From positions 10,850,001 to 10,914,000 of the forward strand of contig CP158636.1 of the NCBI GenBank assembly GCA_050273025.1: a stretch of DNA of 64,000 bases, written 5' to 3'. Positions 26,535 through 38,800 of the stretch are shown here, piece after piece (the first letter of the stretch is position 1; each line of letters opens with the position of its first letter). Both the position numbers and the translations under genes were made by a program. The DNA is from Cenococcum geophilum (taxonomy: Eukaryota). The notes under the pieces were generated by a model. It was not told where the DNA came from. It saw only the letters and a list, made by a program, of their open reading frames with translations, and made no database searches.

Positions 26535-27043
26535 CTATGGTATCAGGCCTATATTTTGTGGGTGGGGCGTAAGCAGCAAGGGGCCCCTGTGAGTGTACCC
26601 GCAATTCAATACTCCAATTATATACCCTGTTTATATGTATTAAAAGGCTAACTCTTTGTTATTTTCTTAATTTAATCCATTTAATTTTTATCAACAATTA
26701 TCTATAATAGAGCCCTCTACGCCTTAATATTTATCTCGTTCTTCTTTAAAGCACCTTACTTATGATGAACGCATCCGAGTTTAAACACTGAGGAGTACTG
26801 GGTGGAAACACAAGGCTATTGCTCTTCATCCTGGAATCTTTGGATCCATGCAAAGGAGGCTTGGGAGCAGATTACTGAGGAACCGCTTAATTCACTAATA
26901 GATAGTATGAGGGAGCGCTGTTTAGCTATAATTGAGGCCCAAGGGGGGTTTACAAAGTTCTGAAATAAAATACAAGCCACTTCCACCCCTGCAGATGCTC
27001 GGTGCACCAGCCCCACCCACAAAATATAGGCCTGATACCATAG
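26535..27043 (+). mobile_element. Internally deleted Tc1/mariner-type DNA transposon (509 bp)
   Basis: Perfect 34-bp TIRs CTATGGTATCAGGCCTATATTTTGTGGGTGGGGC at 26535-26568 and 27010-27043, TA on both sides, and a residual transposase C-terminus EAWEQITEEPLNSLIDSMRERCLAIIEAQGG. Confidence 0.92.
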
Positions 27044-27359
27044 TAGACTTCGCAGCTGAAGAGGTTGGGAATAGTATCGGGACGATACTCGAAAAACCCT
27101 CTTCTGCCGTTGTGAAGCCTTTCAACGTTTTAATAGATCCTTACATTACACAGTGTTACACTCATATTAATAAGCCTAGATTTCAATCGTCGATATATAG
27201 ATACCAGGTGGCCACTGGCCCAGTCGTGTTTGTCGAATTGTCGGACGGACAAGTCAGAAGAACTCCATCTCAGGGAACAGTAGCGTGCTACCATCAAGTG
27301 ATCCGTGCACTAGCATAATAACAATTGGGCATCCCAACTTAATCCGATTGGTTCTATTA

Positions 27360-30300
27360 ACGTGTTTTATCAGTCATCCAGTAATATCAGTCATCCGGTA
27401 GCCCCAAAAACCACCAAAAATTGGAAAAACTGCACCTTGATATCTTAACAACGGCTTAATAATAAATTCTAAAATTTTATGGTTAGCCTTTTATACCTAT
27501 TTTAAACCTCTTATTAGGTTTAAAAAAGAATCTATTAAGTAGCTCTAAAAATATCGCAAATATCGCAATTTAGCTTAAAATTGGGAGCTAAACCCCGATA
27601 TCTTAATATTGGCCAGACTTATTACACTAGAACTTTATTAAAAGTCTTAATATAGGCACAAAAGGCTATGTCGGTATCACCCGGGGGGTACTGCAATTGC
27701 AATATAAGGTAACAGGTTCTTTTATTCATTCGTGTCTTCCGCAGAGGATCATAAGGATCGCGGTGCCTAAATAGGGGGCTGATAAGTCACCGTAAGGATG
27801 ACTAATCAGAGACATGACCACGTAACCTCTACTCGTACAGACACTGGCGACATTTACAAAAAGGAAAGAAGGTAAGAAAGTACAAAGGAGTAGTATATAG
27901 GTCGACAGGTGCTCGGGGTAGTAATCGCGGATGTTTTGGGTATTGCGAATATTGCAGACGTTGCGGATATCGTTACGGATATTGCGGATATCGCTACGGA
28001 TATTGCGGATATCGCTACGGATATTGCGGATATTGCGGTGGAAACAGGTAGGCGCGTACAAGGTGTTACCGGGGTATCAACCGAGCATTTGTAGTCCTAT
28101 CCATCGTCATCAAAATGACAGTCAAGGAAGTCGATATCAACAGTAAGGTCGGGAGGGTCCTTGTCGTCACAAAGGTAAGTGGCGCTCTTGCCCTTATCGT
28201 TGCTACTCTTATTGCCAACGTCATCGCGCCTTACTGTACTAGGCTCCGTACCAGGCTCTATGCTACCAGTAAGGCCATAGGCAAAGGCATCGTTGTTTAT
28301 AGACGTGACTATATTCTTAGCGGTTTCAATTGGTATTGGTCCGTTTAAAGTCATAAAGTACTCAATACCATAGTCGTCGTAGAAGAAATTGCCGCTAGTG
28401 GTAGTCGGAACTATGTCCTTGTCGAAGTCGTCGTCGATATCGTTATCCGCGAGGTACTGGTGGACGCGTCTCTTGAATCCTTCTCTTGCTTCGTCACGTT
28501 CTTCCTTAGTGTGCCTAGTTAACCAACAGTCTCCTTTCTTACACACGAAGCACGTCCTGGCGTTATTGCTGTAACGATTATTTAATGAACTTGGTCGAGA
28601 CGTCGGTCGGTGGTAGCGACGGTCAGTAAAGAATACGTCCGTAGGCTGTAAGTACGCATTAGCGGGTTGTCCTATGGTACCATTAATCTTCTCATAAGTG
28701 ACAATTAACGATCGTAGGCTGTTCATGAGGCCAGTGAGTGTGGCAGGTGGGTTCGAGCAAGCTGCCTGGCAAGCAGCGACATCTTAACAAGCGACGATAA
28801 GCTTATTATATAAGAAATCGTCGTTACGGAGGTTAGCGTCAAGACCATGCTATAGATAACGGAGGTCGTTGAGCAGTAGCTGTAGACAGTCCGCTGTAGA
28901 CTTGCTTTCATTTTTCATTATTACTATCTTAAGAGTAATAGTATTCCACTTTATCAGAATTCCACGCTTATATTCCGGTCCTTTAAAATGGTTACGTACG
29001 GCATTATAGATACTGTTAAAGGTGGTGTAGGTTGCCTTGTTCTCGTAGTAGAAGTCAAAAGCAATACCACGTAGCATTGTCGGAAAGCCTTTAATCTTTG
29101 CCTCTTGCGGTATACCAACTCTGTCACAAAGGTCGTTGAAGATCGTAAGCTTGCGGTCGAAGTTGTCATCCTCTCCGCTGTATTTACTTTCCTCCGTGTA
29201 CATCTTTACTAGGGTTGCTAAGTCTCTGCCGTAGTTAACGGCGGTTGTAACTTTTATAGGAGCTGTGACGTTTATAGGGGGAGTCGTGACGTTCGTAGAG
29301 GGAGCCGTGACGTTCGTAGGGGGAGCCGTGACGTCCGTAGGCGAGGGAGGCTCGGCCGTAGGGAGGTTATTTAAGACAGCTGGGGTTGGGGCAGATGACG
29401 TTAAGGGGGTTAATAAACGTAATTTAAGACGACGGTTAATAACATACGAATTGAAGGATCCTTCGTTGTCGATGTATAGTTGAATTTCTGCATCTGACCA
29501 TTCCGTACAGTCGTCCTCGTGAGCGACGTCGTACAGTGCTTGTGGTACTGACTTGCTTTTCTTGTTAAAGACCCATACCCCATTGCGTCGGAGTAGTTAT
29601 TTAAGTCCCTTAAGTGTAAGCCTATTGGCGTCTTTAAATGTCTGTACCTTAAAATTATCAAAGTCCTCTTAGTATGATTCCCATAGGCTTTTGTCCTTAA
29701 AGTTATACTCAGTATACTCATTAATTTTGAACTTAATATAGCTGGTAATATCTTCTGCGGTGGTCTCATTAGTTAAGGTAATTCCGTTACCCCAGTTTGG
29801 ACGTTGGGTTCCTGTGTCAGACATAATTGACTGGCGTAGATCGTGGTGTAGGTCGTAGTGTAAGTAGGGGTGCTGCTAACGCTGCTAGGTGTACTGGCGC
29901 TCAGTAAAGAGGTCGTACTGGGTGTTGATTTTGCGTGGTGGACGCGAACCGAACGAAGCCTTGGTAGGAGTCGGTTCTTCTTAGCAAACGCGACGTAATC
30001 AACGGGCCTTGGTAGGAGCGATCGCGTGTTGTCTCTCGAGTGGTTGTTTTGCGTGGTGGACGCGAACCAAACAAAGCCTTGGTAGGAGTCGGTTCTTTAA
30101 GTTCCCAGAGCCTATACCGGAAGGGTTCTCCTTAGCAAACGCGACACGATCAACGGGCCTTAGTAGGAGCGATCGCGTGTTGTCTCTCTTCGTAATAACA
30201 CCTAGCTGATCTGTGATATCACTGATCAGTGTTGGTATCACCCGGGGGGTACTGCAATTGCAATATAAGGTAACAGGTTCTTTTATTCATTCGTGTCTTC

Positions 30301-30516
30301 CGCAGAGGATCATAAGGATCGCGGTGCCTAAATAGGGGGCTGATAAGTCACCGTAAGGATGACTAATCAGAGACATGACCACGTAACCTCTACTCGTACA
30401 GACAGGCTAATTATAAAATTTCCGAATTTATTATTAAGCCATTGTCGAGATATTAAGGTGTAGTTTTTCCAATTTTTGGTGGTTTTTGGGGCTACCGGAT
30501 GACTGATAAAACACGT
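27360..30516. mobile_element. pogo/Fot1-type MITE (about 416 bp after removing the nested LTR element)
   Basis: TA|ACGTGTTTTATCAGTCATCC ... GGATGACTGATAAAACACGT|TA; long TIRs of about 140 bp; the left TIR has a 17-bp internal duplication; no transposase. Confidence 0.88.
27669..30404 (-). mobile_element. Non-autonomous gag-only LTR retrotransposon (2736 bp), Copia lineage
   Basis: 175-bp LTRs (27669-27843, 30230-30404) differ at one position; TSD GGCTA. Gag-like frame about 29824-28097 (YTEESKYSGEDDNFDRKLTIFNDLC; CFVCKKGDCW knuckle) has a few stops; no pol. Confidence 0.92.
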
Positions 30517-31027
30517 TAAGCACTCCGTACGCTTAATATTTGTACTTCCGAGTAAAATACGGTCCTATAAGACCGTTCGCCGTGCACCTAAAAATGCTCG
30601 CTTAAAATAGATGGAATAGATAATATATCAATAGCCATCTAAGAGAGTTGTGGGTAGTTAGCTTAGTAAGTTAGATTAAGCCACTAGTCAAAAGCTGTGC
30701 CTTGTATTAAGAGGAAGTTACACCTAGTATACTTAGTGCAGAGTTACTTAATACGTCGCTATCGCCAGAGTGGGTAAACTAATCTAAATTAAGCTCTAAA
30801 ATAGCAGAGGCAGATATATTATTGTTATCTATTATATTAGTAGATAAGGAAGGCATGGCGTTAGTTAAGGATAAGGTGGTTAAAGATTGGGTGTATGTTG
30901 GGCGATATTCTATAAAATCGCATTCAATGTTTGTGCATTTTAACGCACGTATTGGTTAGGGCCCAGAGTTATCTACTAGGGCATCTATACCTTATTTTTA
31001 CTACCTTAACTCCAAAAATCGTTAATC

Positions 31028-31176
31028 TATTATTCACACGCTTGCGGAGAAGAGGATTAAGAATTAATCTAATTGGTAGGTACGGGCTCAAAGGCATTAA
31101 TTGAGAATGGGTATATTCATAAGGCCATTTATAGGGGATTGCCCTGCCTTAACTAAACGTGATGCCTATAGACCTA
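31028..31176. repeat. Ngaro repeat B2 (149 bp); partner B1 at 31356-31504
   Basis: Both copies run TATTATT(C/T)ACACGCTTGCGG...GCCTATAGACCTA and have equal length. Confidence 0.92.
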
Positions 31177-31250
31177 TGCGTAAGCATATCACTACAGTAT
31201 CTATTTATAAAGCCCAAAATATACAACTAAAGAAAAGGTATAGATGGGAG

Positions 31251-31354
31251 GGAAAGTAAGCAAGCAAGGCTTAATTTTATAAATATTAATAATATTAGTG
31301 TTGCTAAGATATAGGGGTACTGTAGTGCTTGCTTGGCCATATAGATATATCTAT
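31251..31354. repeat. Ngaro repeat A2 (104 bp); partner A1 at 56826-56929
   Basis: Colinear with 56826-56929; the differences are all C->T or G->A. Confidence 0.92.
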
Positions 31355-33796
31355 TTATTATTTACACGCTTGCGGAAAAGAGGATTAAGAATTAATCTAA
31401 TTAGTAGGTACGGGCTTAAAGGCATTAATTAAGAATGGGTATATTCGTAAGGCTATTTATAGGGGATTACCCTGCCTTAATTAAATATAATGCCTATAGA
31501 CCTAAAAGTATAGCGCCTGTATTATATAAGGTAGAGTAGGGGGAAAAAGAAAAAGAAAAAAGGGGGGAAAGGAGAGATTTAAGTTAATATATTAGCGTGC
31601 CAAAATAGGCACTCCTATACGCTGTTATGCCTAAATACCTTTGCCTATTATATCTAGGGTAAGTAATAATAAGAACGGTATTAGCGTTCTATATTAGAAG
31701 TTTACACTTAGCTAGAATAGGTTTTTTAGGGATAATAAATAGTAAAGCTAGAATGCTTATAAGGACCACCGGCCTAGTTACTATATTTAGCCGTCTATAA
31801 AACCGTTATCTTAAGTGTATTAAGCAGTACCTTTCCGAAATAAGTGTCCGTTATAGAGCTTAAAGTAGAGGCCGAGAGCGGCAACTTTATACTTTAGTTT
31901 ATTCCTAACCGCGTAGCTTATAAAGGCTAATCTCTTAAAGCAGAAGAGAGTGGCGTTTCTGGGTTAGGGGTTATTTTTAAATAGGTATTTTATAGCTCGA
32001 ACTATAACAGAACCTTATAGCAAGAACTACGGTAGGTCCTATTATTAGGCTAGGTGTGTAGGAAATGTAAGTATAAAAGTTAACAACGTAATAATAACTT
32101 AGTGGAGTGGTTGCCTAATAGATTAACTCTAATTATATTCTGAGAATTACTATAAGGAAGGAACTATCTAGGTAGGGACTAAGGGTCCTTAAATATATAA
32201 CCGTACTCCTATAAAATCCTTTTTATACGTAATATACGTCTTATATATAAGGTATATAAGTTCCTCTTATTCCTCTTATTTAATACGTAGCACATTATAT
32301 AACCTCGGCTACTATTTCTTATTATATAGTTTTACTGGCTCTATCTTAGACCGTACTTAGATTAACTAACTAGCTTCTTCTATCTCTTCTCTAAGTAGTT
32401 ATAATATTGTACTTAAAGCGTCCGTAACACTATCTCCCTCCTCTTTATCTTCGTTCTTAAAGATTTAAAATATCTCTAAATTATTTACTAGAGGTATAAT
32501 ATCCGTCTAATTAATTTGGTTAATATTATTGCTTATTATACCTAAAGCAATTTCTTCTTTATACGCCCAACGTCGTGCTCATACTATTGCTGTAATATTA
32601 TCTCTTAGTAAGATTATACCGTCTCTATATTCTCGCTGTTTAAAAGAGGGGTTAGTTTATATTATATTAGCAAACCTATCTTCGCAATAACCATCCTCTT
32701 ACTTAGAGTACACTAAAGCAAATATTTATTTGTCCTACGATGTTTGCTTTACTTCTAATGCTAAATATACGCAACCTATTACTCTTAATAGTCGTCTAGT
32801 TCCCTAATTAATTTATCTTAAGGTTTTATGTTTAATCTGCTACTACGCGGCTAGATAGTAAACTGTCTTAAGCCCTTACTAAATTAAAACGTTCTCGTAA
32901 TGCGGAATAAAAGGCCCTAGATACTCGCATTACGGCGTTTACTTATTTACTTTATCTTAAGAAGGTTTATAAAAAGGTTTATTTTAAGGAGTGGAAACTT
33001 ATAGAGCAAGGTTTATAGGAACTTGGTAATAAAAAAATGGATTCTCTTCTAATAGAGAAGGAAATAGATCTAAATAGCTCAGCAACTGCTCTTCTTAGGT
33101 CCCCCTTAGGTAACTTATTCTTTAGCGATCTTTTTTTATTAATACTACCTAACCTAATCTCTTCCAATACTCCTGTACCTTTCCTATAATATTCTTTAGA
33201 TTCTCTAGTAGCTCCTAGGTAGTTTTAGTGTAGCCTATCCACTTAACCTTATACTATGTTTTATTGTTAATGTCCTTATAACTAATAATCCTTAAAACTT
33301 ACTATTTATCTTCTTCTTGTCCTCTATATGTGTCTGCTTTATAAACCGGTAGCTTAATATTCCTATATGCTAGCTCTAATATTGCAATATACTATATAGG
33401 GTAAATCTTTATTTTAGCTAGTAGGTTTAACTTAAATATAACTGGTGAAATCCTTTATATAATTTTAAAAAGTCCTAATCTAACATGGTCTAACTTCTTA
33501 CTTAGTCGTTAACTCTTAAAATTTTTATATAGTAGCTATACTTTATCTCCCTTCTTAAGATCTAGTCCCTTAGATCTCTTAGCGTTATAGTACCTTTTTA
33601 TTCTTTCTTATACCTTCTTTACTAATTCTATAAGGTCTATATAAAGATTTATTAACGTCTTTATTCTTTCTTTAGCTATACTACTTATTTTCTTTACTTA
33701 TTGTAGTAATAACAATATTCTTAGCTTATACCTATAATTTGCCTTAAATAGTAATATGCCTATTCCCTCTTAAGGTGTTGTATTATATATAAACTA

Positions 33797-33882
33797 GGCC
33801 GTCGAAAACGGACTCTGCACCTGTACATGGTGACGGCTACGAACCTAGGTCTTCGAAGTTTAGACTCAGAGCCAATGTAGAG
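33797..33882 (+). ncRNA. Predicted HDV-like self-cleaving ribozyme
   Basis: P1 GGCCGTC/GACGGCT with G1-U wobble; P2 CTCTGC/GTAGAG; P3 ACC/GGT; 7-nt L3 TGTACAT; P1.1 GT/AC; P4 CTAGGTCT/AGACTCAG; J4/2 CCAA. It starts exactly at the insertion's 5' junction. Confidence 0.72.
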
Positions 33883-34815
33883 ACGTCGTATAGCGTGCGA
33901 TAGGACCTGGTGGTCGTGGTTGTGAGCGTTATGGGCGGTGGTAAAAATTTTTTAGATGGTGAGATCTCGAAAACTACTACTGTGGCCCTCTATAATTCAG
34001 CTACGCTATTCTCCTATTAAGGCACCTATACAATCCAACGTGGATATACGGCATTTAATAGCATCCCCCAACCCCTAATAGAAAGTATTGATGACCTCTT
34101 ACATTGACGAATAAGCGATCGCGAGCGAACGAGTAGACGAATAAGCAAATATACGGCCCCTCCTAACCCCTAGGGCGATCGCCCGCGGAGCATACGGTTA
34201 CTCGCCGTTTTTTTTTCTACTAAATACTACCTAGCAGCCTGGATTGCGACCCACGGTTTTCCCTGTCTTCTTTCAACGGAGTAGTAACCCTTAGAAAGGG
34301 CCTAGCTGGGGCCTAGGTATAAAAGATACCCAAATATATAATATCCCGCTCGCTTATTAGTATTACAGTGGTTAGAACGGATGAATCCCCCTTACGCCTT
34401 TAATAGGCCCTAGGGGGGGGAAGGCATGGCGTATATGGTAATAGTTAGACAAGAAATAGCATATAGGGGATGGCCAAGATACGGGAAACAGCAGTACGGC
34501 AATTAATTGGCAAGGCCTAGCTGGGACGTAGTGAACCCTAGCTAGGGTAAGCTAGAGAAGGAAGTAGTGGTTCCTAAGGAGTTCGAATATCTAAGGAGGA
34601 TAGGACGTAGCCGTAGACCCGTAGGGCCGCCGCTACGGACAGATATGGCAAATCGGGGTTTTTTATCCTACTGAGGTGGCTTATAGGGTTTTTCCTCCCC
34701 CCCAGCAGCAAGGGTTTTTTCCCGTTAATATTACTTTTCCCTTGTGTACGGAGTAGTCTGCGTGGGGCTAGATAGCATCCGTATCAGACGTTAATTAAAG
34801 AAGAATTATTATTAT
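33797..34815 (+). mobile_element. About 1-kb non-autonomous non-LTR (SINE-like) retroelement with 5' HDV-like ribozyme
   Basis: 16-bp TSD TATTATATATAAACTA (33781-33796, 34816-34831), 3' (ATT)n tail, GC-richer than its host. Removing it and one TSD copy restores the Gypsy integrase frame; no recognisable ORF. Confidence 0.88.
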
Positions 34816-35806
34816 TATTATATATAAACTATATAACTAGTAATAGCGATACCCAATTATTCTATATATAATTAATATAGTATTTTAGATACTGTTCTAG
34901 CGTCTAATTTAATCTTTCTATTTAACCGTCTGTCTATAGATAATATACGGTAGAAGTCGCTACTTAAACTCCTTACTTTGCTAAGAATACCTCCTAGAAT
35001 ACTGCTATAAATCTTAAATCTTTATCCGATATAATCTTGCTTAGTACTCTATGTCTTATAAACACTTCTTTAATATAGATTTTAGCGATATCTTCCGCTA
35101 AAATTTCTTCTGTATATACTATAAAGTATCCCTACTTTATAAGCTTATCTACTATTACTAAGATCGCGTTATAATCTTATCCGGTGATAGAATCTCTTAA
35201 CTTTAGTAACTTAATAATAAAGTCCCATAATATAACCTCCTATAGTCTCTTTGGTATTTTAATAGGTTATAGCCCTCTATATAGCTTATACCTTATTAGT
35301 TTATTCTTTTAACAATCTAGATATTCTTTTATAACCTTTCTAGCTATCCTTTAGATTCTGTTAATAATATACTCCTCCTAAAGTCTTAACACTAAGCCCG
35401 TGGCTCTATTATGTCCTTAAGTTAATCCCTTATAAAAGTCCTCTATAAACTGCTCTGCTATGCTTCTTAGGATATATTTTGCTTCTTAGTTTTTATATAT
35501 ATCCATCTATAGATCTTCTAGTTATGCTTTTAGAATTCTTTATACCTAAAAGCTCTTTAGTATTTTATAAACTCTTTCTAACTCCTAAGTTGCTGCGATT
35601 TTTGGATAATTATACCTAATTAATCCGTCTATATCTTTTCGCAGTAAAGCCCCTAATAGCTTTCCGTTATTTTATAGTTTAGCTTTATAGCTTAGAGCGT
35701 CTGCCTACGTATTATCTATACCCTTAGTATACTAAATCTTAAAATAGTATTCTATAAGCATCTCTACCCATCTAACCTATCTTTAGTTAAGTTCCTTTAT
35801 TATTAG

Positions 35807-38800
35807 TGTTAGGAATAAGGCAAGTTGCCGTCGCATGAAGCATATTGCCGTCACGTGTCGACGTGGCCCTAGCGTGGTGAGGAACCTTAAGTTCCTTACC
35901 CCTTTCCTTATTCCTATTAATAAGAATCAACCAATATTACTATAACCCTACTCGAGTAGTCGTTATTAGTAAGTCACCCTATATTTCCAATATTAATTAG
36001 TGGTTAAATACACAGTTAACCACAGAGCAGCTAGGTTTTTAAACAGAAGAGATAGTCTTATATAGGGGTGCTATATGCGCTTATATGGAATGGATCCCGG
36101 TAATACTGTGCTACCTTAGACTTACGGAAAACTAGTAACAGAAGTATTACTAAGTACTAGGAGATACTAAGTTGCATCTATTACGCAGAACAACTACGTT
36201 TACGAAGATTTAGTTAAGTACTTTAGGTTAGAAGTGTTACTAAACCTATAGTCCTAAAATTAACGTCTAAAACGTGTTAAATAACTACGCATATGAAGAT
36301 TTGGTTAAGTACTTTAGGTCAGAAGTGTTACTAAACCTATAGTCCTAAAGTTAACGTCTAAAACGCGTTAATAATATCTTAATTGCCTACCTTTTAACAG
36401 CAAACCTACGAGATTCTATAAAGCTAAAAACCCTACCTACCTTTAACGTACGATACCCCGTTAATTTTATACCTACTATGGCGTTAACCTACCCAAAGAA
36501 GTATAAGAAAAGCATTAACCTAAAGACATAGGATATAGACATCGACCCTATAAACGCTAAGGAATAGAACCTAAACGGATTCTTAGTATACTATATAGTA
36601 CACTATATAGACAGCGAATATAACAATACTAAGCTATAGTATTATATAAAGGAGGACTTTATTAAATGGATAAAGGAAATATAGGCTCTTACGAAGAAGG
36701 ACGTTATATAAGACTTCCGTAACTTCCTTTAAGAGAATAGAGTATTTGTCCCTATAGATAGGGGTACTATTAGAGATAATATCTAGGAGTAAGTTATTGA
36801 CGTAAAAGAAGAGCATAAATAGACTCTATAAGAGGTTAAGCACTAACTACGCACTAAAAGGAAGCTTAACTTATAATGGAATCCAAATGATACGCCAACA
36901 GAGACGCGCTCTAATTCTATTACTCTAGGTATAAGTTCTCACGTTCCGTATCTATCGCTTCTACCTCTATCTCTAGCTCCCTAGGATCCACTAATTTAAC
37001 CAGTAATATTAACTACTACCCCTTAAGAGTAAGCGTAAGATCCCCTTACTTTATAATTTAATAACCTTTAAACTCTACTATAGGAAGATCAGGTACCACG
37101 CTGTGTTCTACTAAGCCCTATATCTCTACTATAGCCTATAAAGTAATCCCTACCTTAATCTCTAATGCAATTTTAATGTGGTCTAACACTACTTAAAGGC
37201 ACCTTAAAAATGCTTATAGAGCTTACGAAGCTCTATACGGACCAGAAGAAGAAGTTTAACGGGGAACTATATAATATCCTTAATTTAAAGCTGTGTATCT
37301 TCTATAACTATTACTAGAAGGTTAGACTAGAACCTAACTAATATTACAACGCCTATTCCGTTATGCTTAAGGGCCGCGCTAGTACCTTCTATTATGATTG
37401 TTTAGTAGGAAAAGGATATAATTTTAACCGAATAATATATAAGATAAGATGCCACTTTAAAATAGAAGAGAATAAGTAGCAATATATATTGGAGTAGAGA
37501 GAGACTACCTTCCTAAGAATTATTACTATGAACCCAGGTGTCTCTTGGCTTGATTATCTTTAAAAGCTTTTTAATTAACTTTAGATAATTTAGTGTAGTT
37601 TATCTAAATTATATTAAGAGGACCTTAGCCTACGCGATTAAGTTATTAGCGTATACCGAGGTATTAAAGAATATAATCTCGCTCTCTTTAACCCTATAAG
37701 TACTTATAAAGGAGTATATGCTTAATTAAAATCCTCTATTGGCACCACTCTACGCTCTTAAGAAGTATAGTAATTTAATGCCTAACTCTAACCTACCTTA
37801 ATTAACCCAGCCGACTAATATAATTATAACTGGACTAATTAAACATATAGTGGATATAGTAGGGGATACGGTAAAGGGTACGATTAACGTCAACTATAAG
37901 GCAATTATGGAGGTCCTTATAGAGGTTCACTTCGGAGCAATTATTAGAAGAAGTGCTATGTTTATAAGAAGCCAAATTACTAGTTAACTAAACACCCTCT
38001 TAATAGACAAAAGGAGGCATATAATAGGTTTCGCCAGAGCGTATAAAATATTAGAAACCGAGAGGTTACTATAGCCTACTTCCAAAACTTCCTGGTTTAA
38101 TGTGAAGAAGATCTTAAGGGTAAGGTTAATAAGGCCGAATAGCTCCTTATGGATATAGAAATTAAGGACTACTCTCCTGACTAATACTTTACTAAGTATG
38201 GTAAGGTAAATGGCATATAAACCGTCGCTATCCTTAATGACTAATCTACGCTCCATTCTATTATAAAGTTAGATATCTTTAATAAGCTAAAGGAAAGTTC
38301 TGTGTTTTCCTTTAATAATAAATACTTAGTAAACGTCTTTTATGGCATTATACCAGATACTAGAGCCGCAGGAGTATCTATAGTAGGAGAGCCTTAAGTT
38401 CGAGCTCTTTAGTAGCTTAATAGCTCTGTTTAAATTAACTAATTAATAGTAGGCCAATATATAATTCGCTTTGGTAAGGGTACTGCGATCTCTCTTAGTA
38501 TAATTAAGGTCCAAACCCTGTTAGGATATATTACTTTCTATATTATCCCCGCGAACACCCTATTCCTATTCTATATCTAAGATATAAATAAATTAAGTGT
38601 TAAGCTTAACAACCTTAAGAATATACTTATCTAGGGAGATAATCGGGTGCCCGTTATACGTAAGTGGGGTCACCCTTAATTGCTCCTTTAATAGCTAGAA
38701 AGGAGCGTTACTTAGAGCTACCTAACTAAGTTAGAGTTACATTAACTATACCGTTGTTTTAGCTACCTATCTATTTACTAATTGCTTAGGGTCCTTTAGC

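Noticed and set aside
27909..28146. ORFs with RILRISL / DIADIAT repeats, or a CRISPR-like array
   Set aside because: These are translations of a 21-bp tandem repeat in the LTR element's 3' region; there are no unique spacers.
32430..33180. Possible extra ORF after the Gypsy A chromodomain
   Set aside because: RIP damage leaves no recognisable motif.
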